Below are positions 26,068 through 40,489 of a DNA stretch of 64,000 bases, piece after piece. Source of the stretch: Octopus vulgaris (lineage: Eukaryota); the NCBI GenBank assembly GCA_951406725.2, contig OX597833.1:24676001-24740000 (forward strand), in the 5' to 3' direction. Position 1 is the first letter of the stretch; the number at the start of each line of letters is the position of its first letter. A program made the translations under genes and the position numbers. A model generated the notes under the pieces. It was not told where the DNA came from. It saw only the letters and a list, made by a program, of their open reading frames with translations, and ran no database searches.

Positions 26068-28996
26068 TTCGAATTTCTCTATCCATTTTAAGTGATGAGA
26101 GTTCGAGTTCAACTGTCAGCCCTTGACTTTTTCTATCCTAAAGAGATTTTCAGCCCAATATTGAGGAGTCAGTGGATAGGAAAATTAAAACCTGAAAAGT
26201 TAAAGGCTTTTCAAAAGAATCACATGTATATGTATATAAATGAGAAATGGGGGTTTTTAGGAGGGAAACTACGATTGTTAGGAGTCTTCCTTATTCAGTT
26301 GCAATTTATCTGCCGCAGGCTACTGCTTGGCACATATCTCTTAACCATGGTTTCACAAATGTGGTAGTTCATTACTTTCTGGACAACTGCCAAGGCAGGC
26401 CGGTTGAAGCGGGTTGAGACATGCCGATGAGATTTAAGCAGTAGACAATTTTTGTAGTGCTAACCATCCTGCGCGTGCGAAGACTGGATTTCCAGCAGAT
26501 CGTACGAAGGAACTCCGACAGTAAGTTTCAAAGGACTGAAAGCAAAGAACAGCAACATCGCAGCGTGACGCTTTTCTCTGAGTACCGTGAGATACGTTGT
26601 TTGTCTTGGTTATTCCATTGCATATCTGGCATAGTTCAAGCATCTCAGTTTCCCTTGCCATTTGTACAGGACATCAGAGACAAGAGGAACATTGTTATTC
26701 GTGCAGCCTTCAATTACAGTATTCTGATCCCAGTACAATACCCCAATCTTCAACCGGAAAAAAATAATTTAGCTGTAATTTGAGTCATTAGAGTGTGCCT
26801 GTGTACTTTGATAAAGAACCATTTAAGTCATTAGAGTGTGCTCATTCTGGAGCACACCATCGAAGGGTTTTAGCTGGTCATATTAACCCAGTACTTACTT
26901 TAAAGCCTGACACATATCTGAGTGATCTCTGTTTATCACACTGTAAGTAATGGGATATAAGTACAGTATTTTCAAGCAGTGTCAACATAAAGACATAAAA
27001 AAACAGAAATATAGGCACACAGTCACTCACATATACACTTGCACGCATACACATATTTCTACGGGTTTCAAGAATAAATTTGGTGTGACATTATAAACTA
27101 CAAAGAAAATTTCTGAGACACATCAATCTGTTATAGCAACACAAAGCGATCGTATGTTGCGTTGGTCTGGGTATTACACGTATCTGTTCCAAAGGTTTGT
27201 CGCTAGTAAGGATACATGTAACATGTAGTACAGGTAATATAGATGGGAGGAGTGCATTTTGGACCTCATGCACGGCTGCTCCATTAAATGATGGCGAACA
27301 TGAAACCCTATGTGTGTATGTGTGTGTGTGTTGTTTAAAACCATTCCAACTACCACTCGAAAACGAGTATGACTTAATCAATTGAAGGTGTTTTCTGCGG
27401 GAAGATATGCGCGCTCAGTGGAACATCAAAGATATGACAGCATGCGGCCGGCATTCATCCCAACCGAGTAGTTGTCGTTGGTCGATAGTATAGTAGAGAC
27501 AGTGACTTACCCACCTCAACTGCGCCTAGACGCAATTACACTCCGCTCATGAATACACCACAAAAGACGGACAAATAGATTCTTTCGCAGCATCCATGGA
27601 GCCGCAGGGGTGCTAAATATTTGTTAAATATGATCATACATATCTACCTTAAGCTCCCTCGTTCCGGATTTCCTGTGGAGGGCTTGCTCCCTTAGCCATT
27701 TTATTTAAACGCTCGATAAATTACCCCATAAGACAGCAAAAGTTTATTATTGTAAGTATGGTTTGTGCTGAGCCAGCCCCGCTCTCCTGCAACAAGTAAC
27801 CACGAGCCCAGTAGTCACCAGGATGTAGATTTTATTTAAAGTTCTCTTTTCTTAGGTCAGCAGCTAAAGAACTGAAAGGCTTCATATGCCCTGGGTCCGT
27901 TTGAGTACATGCGAGTGAGGTTCCTCCGGAAGAAATTTCGTGACGCGCAAATTTAACCTATTGGTACTACTACTCAGAGTAGACATGAGGAGAGCGGAGT
28001 TCAAGAGGTAGTTCCATACTTCTCACAACTCTGGAACTTCCGAACAAGATATCCTCTACCGGTTTCAGTCTAAAATTATACCCAGGATTTTACTCAACCA
28101 TAAAACGCACTGGCGACCCAGGAACTGTGCCCACAATCTTATGATCGTTAGTCCAATTCCCAAACCATAAGGCAGCACAACTTCAAACATATATACACAC
28201 ATACACGCACACAAAGACACTCACAAACATACATACGCATATATATAAATGCACGCACACAAACACATACAAATAGCTACATATATGCTTATATACATAT
28301 GTGTACATATGTACGTGTGTATTTGTGTGAATATGTGCGCGCCTGTGTATGTGTATATATGTGTGAAAGCATTTGTATACATTTTTGCTGAACAACAGAA
28401 ATAAAACGTAATACTAATGAATAATCCAATGTGAAATTATTGTAATTTCTTTTCTCTATTCCCAAATCTTAAAAAGTAGGGCAGCGGGCGAAAGGAAAGG
28501 AAATTAGATCAAGGCTACATTTCATATCAGAAGATGAAAGGTAAAAATATATATATAAAAAACTCCAACAAATTCATAATAATCGTAAATTAAATCAAAT
28601 CATTATTAAATAATCTTGACTATATCCTTGAACCCCGACCTAACGACCACTTACGCATTACCGCAAATTTCTAAACAGAAGCTACTATCACTATTGACTG
28701 CGTTTCTACTACATCTACCGCCGACATCACTCTACGAATAATAATAGCAATATCAGCAAACAGCGAGGCCATTACATCGCCAGCAATATTAACATAATGA
28801 CGAGTTTAGGTATGTAGTGATGGCAGCATCCGAAGTAGTAAGAGTAGCAACAAGACTATTCTCAAGACAAATTTATGTGAAATACGAGATATCCCGCTTC
28901 GTTTCTGGCCATTTCAAAATCATTTCAAATCACATATGCGTACATCATTATATATATACAGGCCTGCACAAACACACACTCACACGTATACATATA

Positions 28997-29030
<34 letters not shown>

Positions 29031-29051
29031 TGGTTTCTTGCCAGCAGAGTT

Positions 29052-29115
29052 TGGGGTCTGAAGATACGCCGTAAGGCTACACCCCTTATGAGCGAGAAAA
29101 CCCGGGTAAGTCCAT
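29052..29115 (+). ncRNA. Hammerhead-like motif in a ~95-bp insert within (TA)n
   Basis: ggggt CTGAAGA tacgccgtaagg[loop]ccttatgagcga GAAA acccggg TA agtcc; core intact, helix I imperfect, palindromic cccggg. Confidence 0.55.
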
Positions 29116-30447
29116 AAACCAACCTATATATATATATATATACATGCTTGAGTGAGAAAGGCAAACAGAGCAAGAGCAGACTAGAGAATATGAGGAAAGA
29201 GAAGAAAAGAAATATTAGAAAGAGATTGAGCCCAAAGAGAAAAGGGAAAGTGGAAGAGAAAATATTTTACTTGGAAAAGACAACCAATGCTACATTTGAA
29301 AATTGTTATTAGCTAATTTCCGCTGTCTGCCATATTATTTTGACCATTTTCTATAATCATCTAATCAATTCTTTTACTAATATATAAAATATCATAATTA
29401 TCTTCCTGTATTTTCCTTCTTTTTCGGGGAACATTTTCGTTATTTTTTTCTATCTTATATCTTTATCTCTTTACAGTTTTGAAATACATTTTGCTTTCCT
29501 TTTCGCCATTTTTATAGGAAAACATTTCATATATTTTTCTTTCTTTACGAAGTTATTTCTAAATTTTTGTTCGCAATATTTTTAGCATAAATCCATATTT
29601 GCTAATTATTAATTAAACACCACTACTATTAATTACTTCTTTCCTAATTTTTTATATTTATATATATTTTTCGTTTCTCGATATGAAAAGAGAAAACAAG
29701 ATATCTTCAGGAAGGAAATATTATTATTTTTCAAATGGTTAATGAATCATATTCATTCCATTTATAATCTCATTCGAATTGAAGCTGACCTTCTAATTAT
29801 CGATATTTATCATATTTCGCTGAGTGATTTGATTAGCGACCATTATCCGGCGATAGATATAATAATTGATGTCACTCTTAATAAGTTTCTCACTTGGCTA
29901 ATATACTACGATTTTCACTGAATATATTGTACTGCTTAATAATTTCTTATATTGGAACAAGTTCGTATATGTTCAAGTATTAGTTTGAATGAAATGGCTT
30001 CAATGTATGACTGGTACCATTTCTCATTGATTCGAGACAATAATTTCAGTTTGATTCGAATCCAAAAGAAGATTTAAATATTATTTGCTTAATCTGATGT
30101 TTTATCGTAACAGACAGATAGAGAGAAAGTCAGACAGACAGATAAATAGATAGAAAAAGAAATAGCGAGAGAGATATGGAGATATGTAGAGAGAGAGAGA
30201 GAGGGAGAAAGAGAACGTGCGTGTGCATGCGCGCGTGCCAGGATAAGAAGTGCAGGCGTGATGTACGGTAAAGATGTTGATTTCCAGACAACACGATTTC
30301 GAGTTCAGTCACATTGTGTAGCACCTTGTGAAACGTCTTCTATTGTAAACTTAGCCCACCAAAGTCTTCCGGCTCAAGCCAACAGAGAAAACGTGTTGGC
30401 TTGGATTTGATAGATGAAACACACACATACACACATACACACGCACA

Positions 30448-30534
<87 letters not shown>

Positions 30535-30601
30535 TCAATAAAACCTTGAATTGCAGTTAAAAATATAAAATAAAGGAAAATGCGCAGAAATTGTATCTTG
30601 G

Positions 30602-30644
<43 letters not shown>

Positions 30645-30742
30645 AATCCAAACATGAAAACACAAAAAGGAAACACAACAACGCGAGGACGTGGAACAAA
30701 TATAGTGTTATTGGACGCTCAGGAAGGAAGGGAAGAAGGAGG

Positions 30743-30777
30743 GTTTAACGTTTCAAGCAGAGCTCTTCGTCAGAAAC
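30743..30777 (-). ncRNA. Minimal type I hammerhead motif of Penelope-like pLTR type
   Basis: Reverse complement: gttt CTGACGA a gagc tct gctt GAAA cg tt aaac; palindromic aacgtt helix III; in a ~155-bp insert between (TA)n tracts. Confidence 0.65.
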
Positions 30778-30805
30778 ATAGGAAAAGGAAAGATATATAT
30801 ATATA

Positions 30806-32414
30806 CAGTTGCGGCCAAAATGTTCAGAACGGCATTGTTTTCAGCAGAAAAGTAGGTATAAGTTTTTATCAAAGTTGTTTTATATTCTATAATTTTCACA
30901 GACAATAAATACGAAATTATTTGTTATTGTTGAGATTTTGGTGTAATTTGAGAGGATAGTGCAAAAGTTATGTATGATTTAGTGATTTACTGCAAAACCA
31001 ATGGCGGCCAAAATGATCAGAACGGTTGCTTTTACTCCGTGTTTTAGTTTATTTAACCGGCGAACTCTAATGTTTTGAATTTGTTTACGTGAAGGTTCGT
31101 TTACTAAACATTAATAAGAATATCTGCAGTGTATTTTGTTAATATAATGCTACTTACTCCGTTAGCAATTCGTCAGCAGATTATTAAGCTTCGAAGGATA
31201 GATAAGTTAAGTATTGGGTCTATTGCAAAGTTTGTTAACAAGTCAAAAAGTGTTGTTCACGGTATTCTTAAGGTCTACGATGATTGTGGTTCGTGTGAAA
31301 CAAGAAAGTTTACAGGTAGGCCAAGAAAAACGACCAAGAGAAAAGATCGTGCTATGGTAAAGTTGGTTAAAAAGGACAGATTTAAAACTGCTGCTGCTGT
31401 TTCTCGGGAAATGAGCATTGTGCTGAAAAACTGTCTCGTCGTTTAGTTGAACATGACCTACAAGCAAGAGCACCTGCAGTGAAGCCACTGATTAGCTCCA
31501 AGAATAAAAAGTGTCGTCTTACCTTTGCAACCGAACATGTGTTGTGGTCTCAAGAAAAATGGCAAACGGTGCATTTCAGTGATGAATCTAAGTTTATGTT
31601 ATTTGGCTCAGATGGGAAAAGGTACGTTCGTCGAAAAGTAGGTGAAAAATTGTCGCCTAAATGCCTTACGACTAGTGTTAAATTCGGTGAAGGAAGTGTC
31701 ATGGTTTGGGGGATGATATCTGGAGATGGTGTGGGCTCTTTGGTGCGATTACATGGAAAGGTAAATGCAGTAGTTTATAAACAACTTGTAAAAGATCATG
31801 TCTTGCCTGTGCTGAGAAATTCAACTAAGCGACCACCCATATTCATGCAGCACAATGCCCCATCTCACAAGGCTAAGGTGGTCATGAACTTCCTCAAGGC
31901 TGAAAAGGTTATTGTTATGGATAGGCTTGCTCAAAGCCCAGATCTCAATCCTATTGAAAATGTGTGGAATATTCTAGGAGACGGTTCGAAAGTCAGAAAT
32001 CCTAAAACAACCGAGTAATTATGGAATGCCCTTCAGGAAGAATGAAATAAGATCACCCAGCAACAAATTGAAAATTTAATTTCCTCATGCAGTCGAAGAT
32101 GTCAAAGTGTGATTGAAGCTAAAGGGCTTCACACTAAATATTAAATAATTCCAGTATTCTCTGTCATTTTTGATTATTTTGTTATATTTCAACCGTTCTG
32201 ATCATTTTGGCCGCCATGGGTTTTGCAGTAAATCACTAAATCATACGTAACTTTTGTATTATCCTCTCAAATTACACCAAGATCTCAGACAATAACAAAT
32301 AATATTGTATGTATTGTCTGTGAAAATTATAGAATATAAAACAACTTTGATAAAAAAATTATACCTACTTTTCTGACGAAAACAATGCCGTTCTGAACAT
32401 TTTGGCCGCAACAG
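30806..32414 (+). mobile_element. Tc1-family transposon with ~225-bp IR/DR terminal inverted repeats
   Basis: TIRs 30806-31028 and 32190-32414, each with two gcggccaaaatg(t/a)tcagaacgg direct repeats; TA flanks. Confidence 0.93.
31147..32144 (+). pseudogene. Tc1 DD34E transposase pseudogene
   Basis: GRPRKTT, VHFSDESKF, VMVWG, FMQHNAPSH (second D mutated to H), QSPDLNPIENVW; frameshift near 31430 and stops after 32015. Confidence 0.9.
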
Positions 32415-32638
32415 TATATATATATATATATATATATATGCATACACGACGGGTTTCTTTCAGTTTCCATCTACCAAATCCACTCACATGAATTTGGTCA
32501 GTCCAGAGCTATAGTAGAAGACACTTGGCCAAGGTTCCACGCAGTGAGACTGAACCCGGAACGATGTGGTTGGAAAGCAAGGTTCTTACCACACACATGC
32601 ATATATATATATATATATATATACACAAACATATATGC

Positions 32639-32677
<39 letters not shown>

Positions 32678-33066
32678 CGTGTATGTGTGTGTGTATACCA
32701 ACCCTGTCTCCATCAAATGTAGTTTTGCAGTCAAAGAAATAATAAACACTTTGTGTTGGACTCGTAATATTCTCTCTCTTACCTTAAATACAACAATTAA
32801 TATTACAGTTTCCCAGGTAACAAATGTTGTATTGAAGTAAACAGTCCCTCTTCACAATGCAACTTATCGTACTTATATTTTAGTATACTTTTAGTGTTTG
32901 TTTTACATTGTTGAACTAAAATGAAATGGGAAAGTACATTTTACACTTGATTTTGTTTGTAGTCCTCAAATTTTACGTTGGTTGAGATTACATGGACTGT
33001 GTAATCTATATAAAAAAACCTGATCTGTTGCACTTGTAGGTCGTAATATATACAGAAGCCACTCAT

Positions 33067-33123
<57 letters not shown>

Positions 33124-33165
33124 AAGACACTGACACATATACATGCAAGATACACTTTCACCCCA

Positions 33166-33204
<39 letters not shown>

Positions 33205-33610
33205 AACACACACTCACATATATATGTGCTACACAGTGGGACTGAACCCGGAACGATGTGGTTGGAAAGCACGCTTCTTACCACGCTGCCACGTCTGCGC
33301 CTATGTATATGTATATGTGTGAATATATATATATTATATATATATTGGTATGTATGTATGTATGTATGTATGTATGTATGTATGTATGTATGTATTAAAA
33401 TGACGATTTAGATAGAACCATGCACTTGAAAATGTATGCACCAGATAGGGGGTAATCTCTGTGGTTACGACTTATGGCTAGTGAGAATCAAAGTATCAGA
33501 TGTACACAGAGAAAACCAACCCAATGAGTATTGAGGCTGGTCCAAATCACGCGTTACTTTGAATAGTACGTTGTTGGTATACTCTAAGGTACCCGACAAA
33601 TCGTAAATTC

Positions 33611-35956
33611 CACTGTGCATATAAGTAAAATCATTGTATTCTACCCAGACAAGTTGTACTGTACTTAACTAATTCCAGTATGCTGATTCCAAATCTGAAC
33701 TCAGAATTGCTATAGCGCATCAGGATTTTGAGTTATACACATAATTATATATCAATACTATATTAGTATTAGTTACGTATTAGTTACTAATACTATATTA
33801 GTATTAGTATAGTTAAGCTCAAGGTAAATAATCATTATAATAGTATATTAGTACTTTATATAGTATATTTACGTTCAAGGCAAATACTACTATAATATAA
33901 TGGTACATAGTATATTCAGGTTAACGAATAACTCACTTTATTTTTTATATTCTCAGCTCAAAATATTTGAAACACTTGCTCTTCCGCTTGTGCGTCGTGC
34001 TGGTCTCCTGTTGTAAGAACCAGCAGTGGTTACCCATCATGTGTGGATTGAACCAGCATTGATACTTCGTTTCCATCTCAGATATGTCCTGGTGGTACCT
34101 CTCACCATGCCCGTCACTAACGGCACCAAGATTCGTTGAAAAAAAAATCGAGATGAGAATGCAAGAAGGACATTTTAAGGGACATTCGGCATCCCATTCT
34201 TTCATATGCTATTAAATCAGCATAGTTTTCAGCTTTATGATTTCAAAGAAAGTTCTGTACAATGAATGAATCCCATGCCGTCATCTCAACTGGATTCAAT
34301 TTATCTCTGAATTTGCTATCAGACATCAATTCTCTGATCTGAGACCTAATGAAAATGCCTGCTTTCAGTTTTGCGTCACTTTTCTCTGCATCAAATTTTA
34401 CTTTCAGGTACTGAAAGCCACAACCTGTGTCATTGCTTTTACGAAGTTTTCCATGAGGCCGAGTTTGATGTGACGGGGTGGAAGGAAGATCTTTTGTGGG
34501 CATACCAGTAGTATATGTTGCACATTGTACCGACCAACTATGCACTCACCTCTTTTAGGCCAATCTTTTACAGTGCAATGATTGCTGCCATCGTGGCTGT
34601 TCCAAACACACAAGAAACGCATACTTTTGGTATATCCCAGCTGCAGTCCCATTAATCATCACAAATATTCCACTTATGAACTGGTTAATTAACTCCTTTC
34701 AGAATGGGCTCCATTGATTCATAAGATTCTTCCTTACCGACAATATGACCCGCAGGAATAGAAGTTTTTTTTCATTAATATTATGTAACAACATAGCTTT
34801 GAGGCTAACCTTGTTCGAGTTTATAAACAGTCTCCATTTGTTAGCCACATGCACGTATCCTACTTTTTGCATGAGTGCATTAATGTCAGTACAGAAACGA
34901 GCATTATTTTCTTGCTTGAGAAAGATAGATAAGCCCCCATGGTGAGAATAGAAAAGAGAAATGTTCGTAAGGAGATTCTGTTGCTGTAGTCTTGGTCCCA
35001 AAACTTCTGCTTTCTCCTTTGTCAATGCTAGGCCACTTACTAAATCATTAAAATCTTGATTAAACAAGCGTGGCTCATTTTTCTTAGCATCAACTATGTA
35101 CTCTTCGTGAATAGGAGAATCAATGTTCATCGTGCGACGTGTCATGGTCTTCAAGTGAGAGGGGACCTGGGAGAGGGTTCTCGAATTCATGTGGGACCGG
35201 ATTTAGAGCCGACTTACAATCTGCATACCCAATTTTTTGCTTTCGTTTTCTTTGAGAAACCGCCATGCAAAAGTAACAATCAGGGACATGATTGGTTGGC
35301 TCATGCCATACCATTGGCATTCCCATCCGTTTTCCATTCAGCCACTGCCTAAGCCCTGAGTAACACATGGTGCAGCATATATGAAGTGTTCATCTCTTGT
35401 CTTGATCCCCAAATTTACGCCCGAAATAATATTTATAGGCAGTTTTTAATTTGGTGGTAAGGTTCTTCTGCTGGTTACGCGGGAAAAATTTCCCACAGAC
35501 ATAATAAAAGTTGCCTGGGTGATTCACACTGCCTCTCCTATTCATGATCAAACACAATGAACACAGTTAAAACAGTAATCACGCAGAGGAGAGATACACA
35601 CTCCACACGTGACATCAGCGTAAACGACACTGAGAGTAACCAAGAACAAACTCAAGTATTCGGCGCTTGCATACAATATGTCAGTTCCATTTATTGTTAA
35701 GCTAAATAGTGAACTTTCTCATCGTTTGTTTTATTGCTGTTATTTCTTTAATTTTGAATTAAAACCGCTTTCATTTTAGCAAATTTTATCATACGGTCTA
35801 TATCTATCCTAAAGAATAGTTATGATCTTGCACATACACATAACTCAAAATCTTGACGTGCTAGACTAATTCTGACTGCGAATTCGGAATCAGCATTCTC
35901 GATTTAGTCTGGAGCACATGCTTTTACCCCGGTAGCAAAATCTTTGTTGTCCAGTG
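33611..35956 (-). mobile_element. Chapaev3-like (CMC superfamily) DNA transposon, decayed
   Basis: CACTG...CAGTG termini with diverged subterminal inverted repeats (atgctgattcc...gattttgagttat). Confidence 0.7.
33945..35545 (-). pseudogene. Chapaev3-like transposase pseudogene
   Basis: YFGRKFGDQDK, PMVWHEPTNHVPDCYFC, WRLFINSNKVSLKAMLLHN, GLQLGYTK, LPPRHIKLGLMENFVKAM, NLGAVSDGHGERYHQDI over many frames; family name assigned from recalled motifs. Confidence 0.75.
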
Positions 35957-36338
35957 CAATCAAATGAATAACATATGATAGATAAAGCTGTTTATTACGT
36001 AACTTTTTATAGAAGAATGAGAACATTACTGCATCACAAAAACCGTAATCATAAGATGAGAAGTAATTTTACAAACAAAAGAATATGCCAACTATGAATT
36101 AAAATATGAAATGGGAGAATGCATTCTCCCGTTTCATGGACTCCTGGCACATTTCATACACTCCAGTTACATCCCGGCTGTATTCCTGGGATATTCTTTT
36201 GCTTGTGAATTTACTTCTCATCTAATGATTATGGTCGTTTGTAATGGAGTAATGTAATCATTATTTTATTAAAAAGTTGCGTAAGAAACAGCTGCAATGG
36301 GCTGACAATTATCCCTCGCATGATATTATTCATTTGAT

Positions 36339-36383
<45 letters not shown>

Positions 36384-36721
36384 ATAAGTCTTGGCCTAAT
36401 GGCCCTAAACATCTGTCTTCGTCGATCGTTTCCGTACATCCCATCTGGTGTCGTTTGTTCATTCAAAGCCCTGATTCTCCACAAATTTTATTGTTTTAGT
36501 ATTTCTGCATGTCTTATGAAGTTTTCCTGTCTTGTCGTTAAAAGCACTAAACAGTCGACAACCAAGGAGGAGTTAGACTATTTTGGTATTTTGTCCCGTA
36601 CTTGACTCCCGTTCTGTGTTTACGTAATTTTCCCTCGTTGGTGATGTCTTGTACATAATATGCATTTTTCGTTTTCATACATACATACATACATACCTAC
36701 ATACATACATACACACCCGCG

Positions 36722-36885
<164 letters not shown>

Positions 36886-37008
36886 AATATTGTTATATTT
36901 CGGAATGGTCATTTTGCCAGTTTAGCCAATAAAAACACACGCACTATATATTTGGTGTTATTTTGCTTCAGTGTTATTTATTTTTTACATTAATCTTAAT
37001 CTTATGTC

Positions 37009-37052
37009 GGCCAGAGTTCTTTCGTCACACTCCTGTGACCGCATCAGTGGTC
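37009..37052 (-). ncRNA. Degenerate hammerhead-like motif
   Basis: Reverse complement: gacca CTGATGC g gtcac aggagt gtgac GAAA gaac TC tggcc; one core mismatch. Confidence 0.5.
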
Positions 37053-37490
37053 CTTTGTTTTCTTCTTTCTTATTTGTGTTTCTCCTTACTAACCGTCAGC
37101 CATTTTGTATTTCTATTGTATGTCTTCATTTGCGCATGCTTATATCTCTATGTGCGTTTATGTTTATTTAGTGTGTGTATGTGGGGGGATGCCTGTAATA
37201 TTTGTATCTTCTATTTATATATGTTCATGTAATTTGTAATTTTATATGTTCATGTAATTTGTATTTTGCTTTTTGTTTTTTGTTTTTGTTGTTTTTGTTT
37301 TTGTTTATTCTTATTTTATTCATGTGTTTACATCCACTTATTATTATCATTACATATGCTTGTATGTATGTATGTATGTATAACAACAATACTAGTAATA
37401 ATAATAATAAATTGAATCGAAAATATGTATATATATATATATATATAGTTATTTATTTCTATTAGTTTATTTATCTGTGTAGTTATTATA

Positions 37491-38018
37491 AATTTACTGC
37501 AGTTACGGGGAGGGGGAAATTCTCTGTTATGGTAAAAAAAAATAGTTGTAAAAAACAGCATATCTATCCAGTGTTACTACCTTCCGGAATGAATTTTCCT
37601 CAACTGTACCTGCAGTGAATGTACCTTTAGCAGTTGAAGTATATCACAAACATATTTAACTTACCCACAGTTCACTTATGCCTAAACACTGCTTGGCACT
37701 GATATTACTGTAATTTTCCCGACCTTGGCGTTCAAGTGGCGCAAATCCGTCAATGTTGTTGACTGTGTTTTAGTTAAAGCCACAGCTTGATAAGGTCAGT
37801 CAGGAGTTGATTCACTTCAGTATTTCCTATTAAGAAGGGCTAAGAAGGTAGAAACTTGCACGTCTGGAAATTCGCAAGGTAGCAGCACTAGACAGATAGG
37901 GTGTTTTCTCCACGGTAACATCAGTGAGATACTCTTTAGCAGTGAAAATGTGTCACAGACATATTTTAAGAAACAAAGTTTGCCTATGCCTAAATACAGC
38001 TCGGCGCTGATATTACTG

Positions 38019-38059
<41 letters not shown>

Positions 38060-38160
38060 TAATATAGGATAAAATTTTTCGAAAAAAATTCTATCAATGG
38101 CATATATATATATATATACAGTATATATATATATATATACATATGTCTATATATATGTAT
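37491..38160 (+). repeat. Left arm of a near-identical inverted duplication (partner 62140-62815); contains a ~308-bp periodic repeat
   Basis: Reverse complement of 62140-62815 with only a few differences seen; ctttagcagt...ctgatattactgtaat recurs at 37626 and 37934. Confidence 0.93.
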
Positions 38161-38593
38161 ATATATAGACACACATACACATATAGTGTTTGTGTGTTTG
38201 CGTGCATACATATTTTCACGCACACATATAGACATACACATAAATGTGAGTATGCTTACATATGTATATATGTATGAACATATGTACAAATCTATAATTG
38301 TATACATGAATGTGTGCATTTACGATAGTATCATATTTCTATATCGATGTTTATGCGTAGCGATGTGTCTATGTACGTGAATAGATAGTATTGACTTTCG
38401 CTGGGGCCCTTTCTTGGTTTCTTGGCCGTTGGAAAGCATTGTCTATCACGTAAAACTAATGTATAAACATAAAACAGTTATATAGGCTTCCAGCATGGCT
38501 GTGAAGTTAAGACGATCGCCTCACAACCATAAGATTTCGTATTCAGAACGACCAGATCGGACGTCAGTAAATCAGTTCCTAATTAAGCCCTAA

Positions 38594-38665
38594 TGTTACC
38601 AGTGACCTAGCACAGAAGACGAATTAGTCATTAGGCTATGCGTTATTATATATATAAATACATTA

Positions 38666-38670
<5 letters not shown>
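38594..38670 (-). repeat. Fragment of the terminal repeat of the 61535-62117 hammerhead element
   Basis: tgttaccagtgacctagcacagaagacgaattagtcattaggctatgcgttatt is the reverse complement of ~61582-61655. Confidence 0.9.
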
Positions 38671-38728
<58 letters not shown>

Positions 38729-39134
38729 CGTCTGTTTGTGAGTATATATGAGTGTTTCTGAAAGATTTTACGTCGTGCTTGTATGATTATGAATTTATAG
38801 TATGTAGATAGCGTTATAATCGATGTTGTCTTTTTGTGAAGCACATCGGCGTATTCGAGTACCATCGATTTGTATATAGATGTTAAAATTGTGTGAGACA
38901 TGCATAAGAACTAAAGAATAGTGGAAAATAGATGTTTCAAGGTGATGAAATATCACGACAGGAGATAGGGAAAAATATTTTGACATTATCTATTCACCAC
39001 TACACATGTTTCATTAGCAAATAGGAGTTACAAAATTGTACAGGAAAAAACATGTAAAATATCTCTTATTCGAAATTCTTCATACAAATAAATTTTTCGA
39101 TTTTTGACCCCCCCCACACACACACACACACACA

Positions 39135-39181
<47 letters not shown>

Positions 39182-40347
39182 ACACACACAAACACACAAA
39201 CACTCACAGACACGCACGCTCGCATACACACAAACACATACACACACTCACACATATATGTACGTAGGTCCGCACATACATACATATATACATACAGTGG
39301 TAAGATTGGAATGGATTAGGTTGAATTTAATCGTTGGCTTAAGCTGATTAAGTCTCTGCGTGGCTGTGTGAATCAACAAATCGACGAATCGATAAATGGG
39401 CTGTAAAAGCAGGGAAAGAAATGAATGAGCGAATGGAATAGAGGGAATACAAAGGATGGAATAGATACGGGTGTGAATATGGGAGTGAAACCCTCTTTTT
39501 ATCTTCAATAGAAACCACCCGTTAAAACATTTGTCACAGTATGACAGAAGCTAACAACATATTCGATGTCAGTAATAAAAAAACAACGAAGTTAGACTGA
39601 TGTTGTTATGGGTGTGGGGAAGGATATACATACATATATATATTATTTTGGGGAAGGATATACATACATATATATATTATTTTGACACCCTGACAGTGGA
39701 GGAAACCCCTTTCTTTTCGATATTTATTTTTCGTTCATTTTTAAAAAAAAATTTGATTATTTATTTATATTTCTCTCGCAGTAGCAAGTGGAAAATGATA
39801 GGATTTCGTGTTCGCTGTTTTTGTAGAATATGAACAGTTCCGTATGAGAGTGTGAATGCACACACACACATACAGATACATACCATAGAATTTTAAGTGT
39901 ACTAGTTTTTAATTAAAACTGCCATCTTCATGTGCTCAAAAGTTTTTGAAAAAGTAAAATATATACATTTTGATGAATTTTTTAAAATTCTTTTTTTTTT
40001 TTTATATATACTCCAATTTCTGTGGAAGTGTATATTTTGTAGATTTCCTCCTATCAGTGATTGTTCTAGTGACTGAAATTACACATATGCCAAGTCCTAC
40101 TTACTTCCCGGCAAGTATGTTTCCGCCACAAGAAACCACACTTGCATGAAAAACAGATAAAAAAGAAAGAAGAGAAATAAAAAGAAAACAAAATAAAAAA
40201 AACAAGCACTTACAAAGTTACACGAACACGCAAACATTTCCATAGACTGAAACATACATACATACATACATGCAGATACACACGCACACGTACACACATA
40301 TACATAGAAGAGAAAGAGAAAGTGAGAAAGTACGAGATAGGTAGATT

Positions 40348-40428
<81 letters not shown>

Positions 40429-40489
40429 GGAGAGAGTGAGAGAGAGTCGGAATAAAAGTGTGTTCCATTTTTTAAAAATAAAATTCAAA

